Below, one piece after another: positions 23,094 through 38,300 of a stretch of DNA of 64,000 nt (positions are counted from its first letter, which is position 1; the number at the start of each line of letters is the position of its first letter). Position numbers and translations under genes: made by a program. A model generated the notes under the pieces. It had not been told where the DNA came from. It was given only the letters and a program-made list of their open reading frames with translations, and did no database searches. The DNA lies in the NCBI GenBank assembly GCA_000934665.2, contig JYFJ02001333.1, forward strand, positions 1 through 64,000. The letters are read 5' to 3'. This DNA is from Catajapyx aquilonaris (taxonomy: Eukaryota).

Positions 23094-24228
23094 ATTTGCT
23101 TGATGTCTCTTTGCCCAACAGTTGTTGACTTCTCTCTGTCCACTCTTTCGGTCTGGCCCACTCAGCGTCTGGTCTGGTCCAGAGACGATCTTGCTTCACA
23201 GGGGTACTAGGGAAATAAAACCGAGAGATTCCTTTAGCACGTGGACATGGAAAGACGCCATTGCAAAGTCAAGGTTGGAAAATCACCGCTACTTTAATCG
23301 CCGCTACTTTGATCTCCGCGATCGCAGCTCTGTCGCACGCCACAATTTAATACATATGGACCGGGCACAGTTTTTTGGGGAAATTTCGGCCCAATTTCCT
23401 TCTGAAATTCCAACTGGTATGGGATTCATCTCAGGTCAAGGGATGGTGGAGTTCGGTACTTACCAAAGTTGTAGGCACTACCAACATTTTAATAAAATCA
23501 CATCTGCCTTGTAAGATTTATTTAATTTTTTTAAATTGTGATACTTAAATTTTTAAAACTCAGTAAATAGCAAAAAAAAAACTTTCATCACTTAATAATA
23601 TTATTACTGTATGTACATATCTCTCATCAGTATTCACAACTCTCCTATACTACATAACATTCTGTTAACCATCAACAATAAACATTATTATCAACGTCTC
23701 TCTGTATAGACTTTCTAGTTGCAGGATGACTGATGCAAGCTAAGCGCTATAGCAATTTTCACATTTCTCGGGAAAATACATTCACAAAACATAGGGATAC
23801 ACTTCACATTGTAAAACAAGATAAAAGTAACTAATCTGCAGTTCATAATACAAAATAATAAAATAAATCGACTCTTACCTCATTCTAAAACCACCTCAAA
23901 GCAGCAAAGTGCCATTTAAATCATCAGACTTGAGGACAACAATACATTCATGATCCAATACAAACACATAATTCAGCAGTGCAGAAACACCTCGTACAAG
24001 AAAGTGACAAGTCCGTCAACAGACAAACCGTCTCACACTGGTCTCCCTTCCTTCTTTCGTACGCCTCTGACCACATTGCGTACATCATCTTCAAATACGA
24101 CATTTCATTCACAAACATTTTACTTTAACTGTTACACTGACAGGCAGCATTTAAGTAGGTGACACTTTCAGTACCAAGTCATAGACATGACAATTGCTAT
24201 TTCAGAATTCACGTACACATGGGCTAGT

Positions 24229-24387
24229 ACAGTTTTTGACATAAATCGAGGCATACTGCCAGCAACATTTTCTGACGTGGCAGAAGGAATCTTGCTCGCC
24301 CGGTTTGCAGTGTCTTTATCTTTGATTCCTTCTTCTGCCGCTTCGGAATATGTCGCTAGCAGTATGCCTCGATTAATGTCCAACATG
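24229..24387. mobile_element. Diverged copy of the 14755-14915 MITE
   Basis: cagtttttgacataaatcgaggcatactgccagcaacatttt...gaaggaatcttgctcgcccgg shared with 14755-14915. Confidence 0.8.
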
Positions 24388-27300
24388 TGGTTGCTATTTC
24401 TTCTCGTTACAAGGGTTGGATTGAGTCATGTGCTTGCTAGGCAGCCTACCATGCTAAATTATTAATATGTCTACTGTTAGTCTTACATTACTTCTTTCTG
24501 AGAAATTGCTATAGCTCTTAACATGCTCGGGAGCTAGGGTTAAGTCATTTGAAATGAGCTGGCATTCATTTTTCCACCATGGAAATCCACTTTAGTGCAA
24601 CATGAAAAGTCGCTTGAGTCAGCCACAGTGCAGGAAACAAAAGACGAGTTCATCATGCCAGTTACAGAAAATAGGCCAGTAATCAGTTTCAGTTTAAGTG
24701 CATATTTACCACACGTCAGTGAGTAGTCTTCATAAAAACATTTCATAAGTTACTGCTTGCTTTTTGGCTAGAAAAGTTCACAAGAGATTCTTAAAGTACC
24801 AGCTTGTACCAGATCTTGCATATAATGTCTATTAAAGCATGAAAACAGTCCATCAATTTCCCTTGCATTAAATTATAAGCTCAGTAATCAGAACAACAAG
24901 GCAGGTTACAAGATTCATGAGATGAGAATAGGTAAGACGTGTTGCATAATATAATTTTACAACCAGGGCCAAGTAACTTACAACTGGCATGTGATATATG
25001 TAAGGCATGGAACACATCCCTTTGTTCAGTATCACTGTTAACCAGAAAGCTAAGATATATCTCTGGAATGTGGCACATAATTTTTGCAAAGTGATGCAGT
25101 GACATTTCAAATGACCATCAACCCTAATGCAGTTTACGCACATTTTTAAGGAAAAAGAATTCCTGTGGATGCCATTCAAAGCCTGTCAAGTTGACTAGTT
25201 GATAGATTCGTAGCTGATACATTCAGGGTGATGCATATTTTTTTTATTCCTACATGGTCCCCACTTGGTTTTATTTACCCACAGCTTGTAAAAGCTGTGC
25301 ACATTCCAAGTTCATCCATATCACGTGACAATTTGCAAAGGAACCACCAGAACTTGTCACTCACAAACTTAAGCAGAGAGGAAATGACTTTAAAAATTAC
25401 TTCATTACACTTTCGACAATTTCCAAGCTCTAAAAATTGTGTGCGCGTTTTTGCAAGGACTATGTGATCTTCGGGAAGCATGAAAAGTTGATTATGTAAT
25501 GCTTCAGTCACACTAAATCGTCCTGCTAATCTAAAGGTATCAATTCCACTCCAGAGGCAGTAAAGTGGCTGCCCTATTTTCCATTTTCAAGCATGGTTTT
25601 AACCAAAACTAAATAACAGTAGAAGAAAGGAACACATGCAACTTTTAAAGCCTAATTAGTTTGGTGAATGATCCTGCGCAGCAGAACTAGACTTGCTTTC
25701 CAGCAAATTTAATTTGAAAGCCATCAAAAAGAGACTTCAAAGAGTAACACAAGAAATTTTACATCACAATTTCTATGCAAATTGCTACAAGACAATTCTG
25801 GTAAATCCTTTGCTAGTGTGGTAATAACATGTGCATGCCAAAAACACAGCATCAGCTGGTTTTCAAGCATTGTCATCGCAGTTCCTCCTAACCAAATGGT
25901 AAAACTGTTTCTGACGCTAGTATTACATACCTATTTCATTTTAAGATGACCACTTTTACATTAACACCAATTCAGTCTGTCAAAATATTGAAGTACAACC
26001 AGGCAACACTGCCAACCCTTCAACTAATGCAGTTCAGGTGTTGACAAAAGGCAGTGTTCCAGTTACTGTGTGAAACATTGCATTAGGACATCCTCCCAAC
26101 CTACTCGGAACAAACGTGAGACAATGGAAATGCACGATAATCAACACAAAGAAAGCAGAGGTCTTGTATTGATGAATCATGACAGCTCTATTACTCCTAT
26201 CATTATTAAATGATTTTCAATACCAAATAATTATCTAGGTCACTGATACCTCGTGGTTAAAACTACTTTAAGAATCAAACTACAGAATTACAGCATGTTG
26301 ATTTAATGAAAGAAGCATATCTTCTAAGAAGTACGTTTGTGGTGACAGCTATTTTCGTATCTTTTTATTGAATTTCATAAATTGTTACGCTTGGGAGTGT
26401 TAGTCCTCTCAGCAATGCTCAGTCACAGCAATTCTATTGTAGATTATCAACCAAAATGAAATGGAAAAACATATGTAAGCGTTTCACCACAACCATATCT
26501 GCATAAATGTATCATCCACATATTTAGTGCTCAGTGGTTTACATCGCAACAGATCTCAGTCCACTCTTATATGTACTACTGTATAAACAATACGTGTAAT
26601 AAATAATAACCTATCATGTAGCTACAGAAAGATAACAGTGTCATTAGATCAACCCGCTACATAATAATCGTTTGACTTTCACGTACAAGGCAATTCTGGA
26701 TTAAAGACACAGTAATCATCCACTAGTGTTATATTAATTCTGTTGCCCTTTCAAACACGAACCAATAGCAGTTACAAAAAAAAAAGGCAATAATTATTGT
26801 ATCTTGAATTCTGGACCACCCTGTACTACAAAGTGATGGTGCAGTGTAATTTCAGCCACTACCAAAGTAAATAAATTATGAGACTCTTTCAAATACATAA
26901 AAAGACAATATTGGTTCACTGGAGTAAGGGACATCAGCACTGATTATGGCACACATGTCTAATTGAGCAGACGTAATAAGAATAATTATTAAACCTGCCT
27001 CAAGTCAGTCTACAAAAGGATGACTTGAAACAGGCAGAATCATCACTGGATTTATACACTGCAAAGGGCCATCAAGTCGGTGACAACTCGGGTGTCATAA
27101 CCGTGGAAGCACAAAGCCCTAGGTCACATTACCCACAAATATAATGACAAGAATAATGTGGCCTTAACTATTAATAAAATCACTGCATTTATGCATATCT
27201 CATGATATTAGGCGGCATTACGAATATAACCTTGCTAGCCTGACCACGTAGTAAATTAAAAGCATCCCATTCAAGAAAAACCACCCTCTATAGATTGGCA

Positions 27301-27676
27301 GAGACATTACAAATATCTGCTGCTTTTTTTCTGCTTGCATGCAACATTTCCGACAAAAACTTATTGCATAACTTCAGCATGACATATTTTCAGCCTTTAT
27401 ATAATTGCATCATGATTGTGAGGCGTGGTTTCCCTTACGATAAGGATTTAAACATAGTGTGACTTTGCAGCATGTTTATAACCCAGTGAAGCAAACTCAC
27501 ACTGAAGTATTTCTGTGTGTGTCGTATTTATCAGTTCCCCTGAACATGTAGGGATACCTGATTTCTTGGTATCTAATAAGACAAAAGAAAAAGCATACAC
27601 TTGCACTTTGGCAATTAAAACCACTTCAAATCACCTTTGATTTTCAAGTTCATCATGATGAATTGGCAACACGGCA

Positions 27677-29600
27677 TCAAGCATCATCATCATCATCCCA
27701 GTCGTCAGCCCCATTCTCATCATTTTCATTGTCATCGTCGTCGTCATCTGAGTCTGAGTCTGAATGTGTGGCCCGCATCCTCTCTGCCAAAGCACGTGCC
27801 AGTGCTCCTGCTAGTCCACCTAGCTGGTCGGCATCCATGCGCGAGCTGGCAGGGCGCTGCTCAGGTACAGGCCGTAGCTCAACCCCAGTACGAATCTGAT
27901 CGAGGAGTTCCCCACGGCTGTCAATTGAGCGACGAGGTTCAACTTCTGTGGGCTGTAAGAGAACAAGAGGGTCAAATATAATCATAGCCTTGAAAAATTA
28001 ATCTGAGAAGTTAGGAACCTAGCTGCGCAGAATCTTTCAAGCATCATTTGCGAGTTGAATCTTACCTTCAGGTTTCCTCCGGATCGTATTGCCTCCAAAA
28101 GCAAAGAATGTGAGTCGGTTAAAGATGGGGGTGGTGATGAAATGTTTGCAGGTGGGGGAGGAGGTGGAGGTGGAGGCGGAGGAGGAGGTGGTGGTGCTGC
28201 AACTGATGATACTGACGAGGGGGATGTGAGGACTTGTGTGTGTTGAATCTGTGGTGAAGGAGTGAGATGAAAATTAGGTGAAGCATTGCAAGTGGCATTT
28301 GGGGGTGGTGGTGGTGGAGGAGGATGGTGCTGCATTGGTGGGGTCCTGGCAGGTACAGGTGGGGGAGCAAATGGAATGCGAGGAGAGCTTGTGGGAGGCG
28401 CAGGGGCCAAGTGCTTAGGTGGTGGTTGCCGAACTGGGGGTGGAGGAGGTGCATGGTGGGTGTAGTGTGCTTGTGCCTGAGAAGGAGATGGTGGCGGAGG
28501 GGCAGCTGGAGGCGATGGTCGCACTGGGGGCTGGTTGGCAATGTCCCGCTTCAGAGCCTCCATTCCTCCATTTTTGTCGATGAAGTCATATATGAAGTCC
28601 TGCGTCTTCTTCTTCTTCAGATGCTTCGCAGTGATCCCAATTTGGTCAAATATTTGCTGCAGGTCTGGATCTAAATTGTCCATAGCAAAACCCTGGTTGG
28701 GATCCCAGCCAACGTGAGACACATGCTTAAAGTCAGTTGGAAGACTAATGTCCGCCTTAGTTAGCTTGCGCCCGCCTCCACCACTTCCCGCGCTGCTGAC
28801 ACTCTTTTTAGAGAGAAGGCTGGTCTTCCTGGTGGATGCAAGTCCAACTCCAGCCATCCCTCCCATGCCCATCCCACTCCTAGTGACGACCACCTGAGGA
28901 GAGGAAACGGGCATAATCCCTGGCGAGGACATGATGGTCCCATTGGGTATGGGCTGAGCAGATTGCGCTCGCCTCCTGTTGCGCTTCTGTTGAAGCTTCA
29001 TCTCCACAACTTGACCAAACACTTTTGCTTCATCCTCATCAGCGAAGTTCAGCCCAGCCATTCCATTCTGTCAAAAAATGTACATATGAAGTTCCTAATA
29101 ACGAATCCTGCAACATTATTTTTAAGCAAGCAGCGGACATTAGCAAGTACAGCAATAATGACTTACATCTGCTTCAAATGTGTGAAAGAAGGTCCTTGCC
29201 ATCTTGTATTTGAATTGGTTATAAACCTCCTGTTCCCACAGCTTGACATGATGTGTGAGGGAGAAGATCTGGATGAAGTAAGAACGCTTCACATTGTCAC
29301 GCACAAAGCAAGCTACCCCGCAGGCTTCTTTGAACCATCCATTGTGGTCTGGTGGACGAGTCATAAACAACTGCACTACAGTTGTGGCCAGGGTCTGCAA
29401 AAATTAATTGATTAAGAAAATTTAATTCATCAAATGTTCATCAACATGTCACGCTAAGGGTTACTCACAAGGCACCGATTGCCAATGAGCTGAAATATTA
29501 GATCATTCTCTTCCTTGTTCAGTAATAAAGAACATTTGTTGACTGCTGCAGGACGCCGAGAAGACGGAGCTCCAGGAGGAAGTGGTGGCGCTTGTGACAT
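27677..29600 (-). CDS. WASp: Wiskott-Aldrich syndrome protein family member, N-WASP-like (~545 aa)
   Basis: Exons 29600-29469, 29394-29167, 29067-28066, 27952-27677; WH1 domain, CRIB (ADISLPTDFKHVSHVGWD), polyproline, two WH2 motifs (LLEAIRSGGNLK, LLDQIRTGVELR), central and acidic DDWD tail. Confidence 0.95.
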
Positions 29601-30723
29601 TATGTTGCCGAGGCACCTGGAAATCACAGTCAGTTATAAATACATGCAAGGAACGTACATAAATTGAAATGAGCTCTCTAGGAGTTGAAATGTCTTATTA
29701 TGAAAGGAAAATAAAAAGTTGAACACCATCATTAAAAGTAACACGAAAAGCAAGATGTCGACTATTGTAGTGTTCAGTAATAATTTTTACAAGCACAATC
29801 CAGCAGTTTTATGTTGCCTCTGAAAATATTCGCATAAAATTAAAGGAAATCTCTCTCTCTCTTTCTCTCCCCCTCTCAACAAAATCTCAAGATTGTTTCT
29901 GTCACCAAATTATCTTGTAATCATTTCTAAACATTACTCAAGGGATTAGAGCATTTTCCTGGTGTGCTCAAACTGGAGTGGAACAAGCAACCATTTGCGT
30001 AAACTTTTTTAACTCATAAAAAGCTTTGTCATACCAAACAATATCAGCAGGAAAAGGTGGGAAAGTTTGCACATGAAGCAACGACACGTTTTTTTGTTGT
30101 TGTTCTTGCTGCATCATGCATCCCAGGTACCTCCCTCACCCATGTCTGTGACATCAGACCCTGACTAATACCTGGTCAGCAAATATGACCACACCCCTTT
30201 GAAACCTTGGCAGCTCATAAGCATGGCACTGATTTCAGCACGTACTCTTTGAATAATTGTTCAATCCTAAACATGAAACTGAGAACTTTAAAGTCAATTA
30301 CCCAGCTTGATATTAAATGTATGTGTCACTAATAAATAGGGCAAGTTCTGCTTAATGGCCACTAAAAAACAATTTGCATATTAATGAATTTTCTGCATCA
30401 CATGCTACGGCGGTACGTACGCAAAAATATTAGACTGACTACGTCATGGATTGATGGGCCTCTTTAAAGGCACTTTAAAGCTGCACATTAGAATTGTGCA
30501 GGCAGGATGACACCATCTCCTGCACCACCAGCTGCCAATAAAGCACAAGGCCAGGAAAAAAAGTGACCTTCACTGTGTAAGCCACCTGGTGTCCATGGTC
30601 ACTCAGAGCCGGGTCAGTAATTGAACATTACAGTTTGAAAAATTGTATACATATATGAAATGGACTGTTCCCGCAAAATTATTATTAATTAGCTGTTCTC
30701 TCATGTGATATGATAATGTATAT

Positions 30724-30909
30724 CAGGGTTTCTCAACCGGGGTTCCAGCATATAATGACGAATAGGCTAATCATATGCAAATGTTTTGTTAGTCATTACC
30801 CAGCACCTGGCCGGTACTTGTGGCATAATAATTTTTACGTCAAGAGTTCCCTGATACATCAGTTTTATTTTAAGGGTTCTGCAAGGGTAAAAATGGTTGA
30901 GAAACCCTG
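30724..30909. mobile_element. hAT-type MITE
   Basis: TIR cagggtttctcaacc / ggttgagaaaccctg; 8-bp near-TSD atgtatat/atgtatac. Confidence 0.8.
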
Positions 30910-31049
30910 ATGTATACGCACCTATTGTCTAGAGCTGTAATTTCCCTGCGGTACACACTCCCTGAATCCTTCCTAACAACCGAACTTCCTCTGTGGGTGA
31001 CACAATGCAGTCTGTCAGTGTCTGCTTGAAAAAAAGTAGGGTATGTGCA

Positions 31050-31500
31050 ACCCTCGAAAGTGGGACACGGGAAGTGTTGACCAACACCCTTTCCCCCGCC
31101 CCCCTGCCTTCCCTTTCCTGGACCAGGTACCGCCCCAGGGCCGCCCCTTTCCTGCCCCGCCTCTGCCCCCCCAACAGCAGAATCGAACGAAAAAAATCTT
31201 CTCGTGGCAGCAAGTGTTCCAAAACCCGCCCCTTGGTGAATATGGACTACCTGTTGTGCCGCCGTCAGTCGGACGTGCCAGCAGCAGGCAGGTCTGGCCC
31301 CTGGATCAAAGTACCGAGAAGGGACCGGGGGCGAACCACGGGCAGGACCACCTCGTTGCACTGTCCACGACTAACAACTATTTCTTACGGCGGATTCCAG
31401 CCCTCTACCGGCCTGATGCTTAACTAAACTTTGACGGACGGAACCGGACGGAACACTAGTTGGCGCTGATGGCTCATCAGGCGCCACTTTTTGGTTTGGT
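31050..31500 (-). promoter_or_regulatory. GC/CpG-rich probable WASp promoter and non-coding first exon
   Basis: CpG-rich patch upstream of the splice acceptor (~29617) that precedes the WASp ATG. Confidence 0.5.
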
Positions 31501-34500
31501 TGGAACGATTCGGAAGGAGCCAAAGCAATGGCTATTTAGAAGACAAAAGGTGGAACAGATGGAGACAGGAACGAAGATGAACGGCCGCTGCCTCCTATCC
31601 CAAAGACCTGTCTGTGCCCTACCAGTAGCTACCACCGGCATAGCTCTTGGGGTCACAGGAGAAACGCAAGATGCACCACAACGCAACAAGGTAAAAGGTA
31701 TGAACAGTTACATAATAATGCATAATCACTGTTTTTTTATTGGTTTTTTTTTTGCCATCACTTTCATAGTTTTCTATACTCATTATGTAAAAAAAAGAAA
31801 TGCACGTAAGGAGTGTTCAAAAATTGGCCAAAGAAAAACAATATCCGACACTTCACGCACGACCGGCGTGTTTTCACCAACAGCAAAATCTTGAGGGGAA
31901 TTGTCTGGAATTAAGTGCGTCCGTATACTGCATGTCCACACTTACAATGCGGTGGAAGAAGAAGAAAAAAAAGGAAAGACCACTGTTGACAATAACATTA
32001 AGTAACGAGTATGTTCAGTCTCACAACACTGCACATTAAAGTCCTCGTTGTCACATCAATGGTTTTTTTGTAATGGGGAGAAAGGGTAGGGGTGGCTGAA
32101 GAACTAGGGGGCATGTTTTTAAATAAGTACTTTGCTGGGATGAAACTCTATCGTAGTAAAGAGGTTTCCACAGCTGCCGAGCAATAATTTCTTTTGTAAT
32201 CATTCCTGGATCAATCAATCGTGATTCCTAGATAAAGTTGGGTACAAAAAGTATTTCCAGGCATTTAACAATCAATACCATGTATTGAAACAGTCAATGC
32301 AGTCAACTGGCAGCCAAAATTCTTGACGAGCTGAAATTACTTATTCTGCCAGCACAAGGCATGACTTGCACACCTTCAATACCGCTCAATACCACACCAG
32401 GCATGAAAAGACTTCATTCACTGCACGTGGTTAGGAATGGGAAAGACTGCAATTAATTGTCCATAAATCTCCTCCTGGATTGGTGACGTCCAGATTATTG
32501 CATGGTTTGTTTAGTCAAGCTCCAGTTCATCTGGATCTCCGTATTGGACAAAGGAGATGAACTTCAATGAGGCACCTTTGAATCATTCAACAATTAAATA
32601 AAATGTCATGGTATGATCACACATGAGGGTGTCACATTACGCTTTGTCTAATTCAAATAAATACTGGTAGCCTACATATGACACTTGCAATCTTGTCCAA
32701 TTTGCCATAGTCAATTTGCCAAAATCATCACAACATAGTGTTCCAAGCATTTGGATCCTTTTAGTTATTGCAAATTTCATCAGTTGTTGTTACTTTTGAA
32801 TAGCTTTTTCCACCCTGATTGAGCTGCTATATTCTACGGCACCTGAAAAGTAACAACTTCAGGCAAAATTTGTGATAATTAAAAGGACTTGCAATACACT
32901 GCAAAATTTACAGAATTTTTTCTTGGTACATCATAGCATCAGGAATTGCAAACACAAAGCAACAAAACATTTGAAACTACAGTAACCTCTTCACGTCATG
33001 CCCACATCACATACACCTGGATTTAGGTGTTCCCTTATTATTTAAGTCACGCAACATGTCTCTGGCGTTGTGGAAGTAGGCAAGCTAAGGAAGAATAGGG
33101 GGGAAAAAAACCCTGTCATTCCGCTTTTCAATTGACAGCCTCCTGATAAAAATTGATGAACACTCATGGTTTTGAAGCCAAAAGGACACAAAAATGCTGA
33201 AAGTACTGTTGCTCACTGCTGATGGAAGAAAATTAGAATCTGAACAATTCTAATATATCATTTCTATAGTAACAGGACACTCAATTAGACTTTTCTACTA
33301 ATTGATATTGTGGTGCTTGTGTCTTCCTTAATATCAGAATGGAAAATTGATCACATTCAATAATTGCAATGTTCATTGGACAATGTGGTGGGAAGGTGAA
33401 AAGATCTTTCTACTGTATTCTGCTCTTTACGTTCACCCGGCTTGGGATGTCATGCACAACCTTAAAACAGTCAGAGTAACTTTCTTCAGACTTTAGATTC
33501 GCAAAATGCTCCTGGCATCTCCATGACTACCTAAGAGGAATTATCATCCTTTGTGACACATAATGAAGGTGCACACAAGCAAGAATGTGCCCAATCATTA
33601 ACCATAACTGCTACAATCCATGTCACTTAATTTCTTTACTATCATTACCTTGAGCACAATTGTGCGCCTTATAAAGCACCTTAACACAGAGATAAAAAGT
33701 GACACATGCCTGGACACAATTTACTTGCAATTTACTCACACATTACTTCCAGGTATTGTGCAACATTCTTCTAGGTGTGCACCTACCACATATGGCTTCA
33801 ATTCAGGCAACCATTCATCAACATAATTCCAAATGACATGGAGTTGCTTGAGATTTAATATCAATCAGTTGTGAGTCGTAAAATTTGGCAATCCATTGAT
33901 TGAATGTCCTCTTGACTACAAACTGACTCATTATTTTTAACTGTGCGAAACTGCCGGATCCTGTCAACCAACAATTTACATTTCACCATCATTAAGAGTT
34001 TGAGTGCAATTTCAGTGTTAAATAATGGAATATTTAAAGCACAACCAGACACATGGAAGCCTGTTTTGAGCCACACTAATCCCAACTCCAACATCATGCA
34101 CTGAACAGTGGAAGAAAAATCCAAACAAGTTCTTGTATGAAAAGCAACATATTGAGATTATGACATGATGAAATTAGAGACCACAATGTACCCTGGAATG
34201 TACAAGGCAATTCCATGAATCCCTCTGATATAATGCATTTAATAGGCTGCCATAATTGGTGGAAGTCAGGAATGTTAACAATGGCAATTCTGCCAGCATT
34301 ATGAAATGATACACAAGTGTTTGGGAACGTTTGAGATTTTTGTCTGTGTAAATTCTAAATTCTGTGTTGTGCACTGCAGTCACAGTTGTGGGGTTTGTCC
34401 TGTACAAATTCAGATAAGATGTCCCCATAACAGGCCTTAGCCTTCCTTCCCCCACCATTTGCACACTGGTAAAGCAATATCTCACAAGAAGGTTCAATCT

Positions 34501-35354
34501 TATCTCATGATCATGATGATAATCGTTATCAGTGGCAGCTCATCACTGGGAGACAAGACTGACTCCCATCAATATCACAACAAAATAAATGGCTTCGTTA
34601 GATGCACTATGACAAAGTACATAGTTAGTACACACACAATCATAATGCACACCTCAGGAGAGACAGAAGTTGCAGCTCAAAATATTTACTTAAAAACCAA
34701 GCCTCCTGGTTGGCTACTTCATTTTATGAAAACAATTGCGGTTATCTGGCACAAAGAAATTTACATGATTCCTTAAACTTTCCTCTTGTCATAGGCAATT
34801 GTTGTAAAGAAAATTTAACTTCTTAGAGGAAGAATTATAAATCTTGATATTCCATTTTGATCATGTTTCACTAAAAATTAGGCAATGAGCCCCCAGTGAT
34901 AACAGTATAATCATCGAGTAGGTTGAGAACTTAATTTTTAGATTACTTGTCACTTGTAAATTTACACTTCTATGCTTCTAAATCATAGCTTCCATATTAT
35001 AAGGGGCCTAGTACAAATTCAAAGAGATTCACTGAATCACCCTGTGCATAAATTATCCATTCCACAAATTAAAATTAACATCTGAATTTGTTCTGATAAA
35101 TGTATAAATGAACAATATATTGCCCCAATCCCTCCATACCATGAACAAATCCAGGAAGTAAGTGTCATTCTAGGCACATACTTGCCTGTCATCCGAGAAG
35201 TACTCCTCGTGTGACTCGTCCACATGCCCAATAAACACCAGCAACTCAACACACACACAAAGGAATAGAAAAATAATTTTTGAAGCATGCACCGGTTTGC
35301 CAACCCCTTAAAACACACTTCTCACTTTGGAAAGTTCCATTGAATGCACTAAGT

Positions 35355-38300
35355 TCAGTTGTTATGCTGATGCGCTGCCATAAGCCTTGCATTTGCTAGA
35401 TGCGCTGCCCCCATCATCCCCGGCGAGGGCTGGAAAGACTGTGGGGGCTGTGGGGGAGGAGGCGCAAATTGGTAGTGGTGAGTAGGATGAGTAAAGGGAG
35501 ACGCTGGAGATGTGAACGCTGCGGCTGCAGCTGCAGCTGCTGCTGCCGCCGCCGCCGCCGCTGCTGCAGAGGATGGTGAGGAGGCAGGAGAGGAAGGGAA
35601 GCCCGCTTGTGGAGGCTGAGTTGGGGGTGGGGTAGGCTGGGCATTGACACATGACGACGATGGTGAAGGCCCTCCATTGCTACCATCAGGTGAGGAAGGG
35701 CCTCCCCCACCACCTCCACCCCCACCGCACGAAGAGAAGGGTGATGGAGAGTGGTTGAGTATCCCTCCACCAGTGGGCATCCCTGCTGCCGCAGACATCC
35801 CAGCGGCAGCAGCAGCCATGCCATCAAGGCCACCCATGGCAGAGGTTCTCCCAAGGAGCACCCCTACATTGCTCATGAAGAGGTTGGCCATGGAGGAGAA
35901 GAAGGAGGTAACAGCCGACATCATCTTGGCTTCATTGTCTGCCCTCCGCTCCTGCAGCTTCAGGCTCTCCTGCTCTATTTCAATCAGTTTGTGGAGCACA
36001 AAGTCATCCTCTGAGGAGGACCGAATGCGCTTCTTTGCTCGCCGGACGGGCTTTTTCCTGCACGTTAAACGAACCATAAGCAAACTTCATACAGAACAAA
36101 ATAACTAGTAACTTCTACAATCCTTCATAAAAATGATCCAACATTGAATGAATAGATTGTGATTAGTGCGTTTGGTTTTCCATAATCCTCTTTAAAACAC
36201 ATATCGAGTTCCTTAAGAAAGCTTCCGGCATGGTAGAATTTAGTCTCTTGAAATGTTACATGCAGTGAATATTAAACAGCATGATCATACCACAGTGACA
36301 AAAGTTTCATGCAAAGAGGGAAGCAAAGCCTCCTTTCATACACTACGAACAGAATCTGAGTAAAAAGTGCAACTGACTGGGAGGTTCCAGCATCAGGCAT
36401 GCTGACTCTGGATGGTGGTGGTGGAAGCTCTGGGGCCTCGTCTAGCTGGGGTTGGACGCTCTCATCAATCACTAGGCTGTGAGAATCGTCACTATAACCA
36501 TCTGACGAGCTGCACAGGCTGTTCGGCTGTGGGCTCTCCCCTCCTGCCCCTCCACCTCCAGCGCCCCCTCCACCACTACGCTCTCCTCCACCTCCGCCAC
36601 CTCCACTGCTCCCACAGCCTCCCATTGCACATGACCCTCCACCAAGTAGACCACGATGTGGATCCGCCCCACTCCTTCCTTCTGGAAAAAAGAAATGAAA
36701 TACTGTAAATATTACCTTACAATCCCATTGTGCAGATGTGACAATATAAAATTATTGACCCAACACATAAAGCAGCTGCCAGATTTCAAATAAAAGTACA
36801 CTTGAAAGACATTTCAACATGTAGCTTACAACTAAACTTTAAATATGTTTCATGCACATGCAAGCTACTGTAATACTGATTGTATAACATTTCAAAAGTC
36901 TAATAAATGACAAATTCAAAGTGAATTTTTTAAATGATACATCATTCACAGTGCATCTAAAATACAGCGAGATTTCCCCATCCTCCACCTCCTCCCTAAG
37001 AAGCAGTGGACAAAAGCTTAGGCTTGATTCTCCTTGGAAAGCATGGCCCAAAAATGATAGTATGAATCCCACCTTGATACCAACCAGGAGACATCCCTGA
37101 ACCCTGCTCGCAGTCTGCAGAATCAAGGCTGTCAGACACGTGGTGCTCTGCATTGGCTGCCCCCCCAGCAGAGGAGTTGGTCCCTGCACCACTTCCGCTC
37201 CCACCTGATGGCCTAGACTCAATAATGGCATGCATCTTATCCCAGTATGGCCAAGTTGGAGGCTCTGACCCATGCCGCCAACTGCGCTTCAGTCGCAAGT
37301 ATTCTGCCTTCAGGTTGCCAATCTTGACCTAAAAATATTTAGGCAATTCAATCACCAAGTTATATTGACAGAAGTGAGGAGAAAAATATAAGGACTACAA
37401 AACTAAGTCTATAAGTATTATGCAATAACCAGTTACAAATTTGAGGATCTACCCTTTCCTGCCATCTACGTCAAGTTGCATAAATCGAAAAATGAGTTAC
37501 TGCGCATAAAGAATGAAGATACCTTAGAAAAAGAGCTCCAAATGTTGTGGCGAAACAATAACTTCTCTGCTTGTATCATTTCTGATGGAATTTATGTTGC
37601 ATACCAAAATTTGTCAACACTCTTTGGCTAGTATCACAATTGGTACACTCACTGGCATTCCACTTATTCATGTGCAATACCTTCTGCAAGGTCTTTTGTC
37701 AATGGGGGCACTCAAGGAAAAATTGTTGGGAACACATGATGCTATAAAGCCAAAGGAATTCTGTGGAAGATCTGCAATCTTAACTATCCCCTTTTTCTTG
37801 ATGTGTCTGTAGGATGGTAAATTCAGCTTGTACAACATTTTGCATCAACTGACCTTGCACTCATTGTCATCACGGTCAAATCCCTTCTCTTGCATGTAAG
37901 CAGCAATGGAAGCCCATAGCCCAGAGTGTCGATAGAGAGTCTTGAATTTCTCTTGTATGGAGGACTGTCCCCAGATGCCCAGCAGAGCAATTATTTCTTC
38001 ATGACTGAAGTTCTTGCTGCGTTTAGTGCTGTTGGCCTTGCTGGGGCTTCCTCCCGACTCCCCCATGCCACTTCCTCCCCCACCACTGCCACTTGCACCA
38101 CCTCCCTTGCCCTTGCCCACTGCTTCTCGAATGGCACTTTTCAGGGCACTTCTGGATGAAGATGAGTAACGATCTGCCAGGAACAAACTTTACTCATTAT
38201 AATCACCAGCACAGCCAAAGGCCAAAATGACTGTGCACTAAGGCAAGAGAAGCACAATCCTTTCTTCCTGCAGACTAGGCTACATCAAGTATCAAAGGCA

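Noticed and set aside
30870..31894. Several 100-160 aa ORFs
   Set aside because: Overlap GC-rich promoter/UTR sequence and show no protein-like motifs
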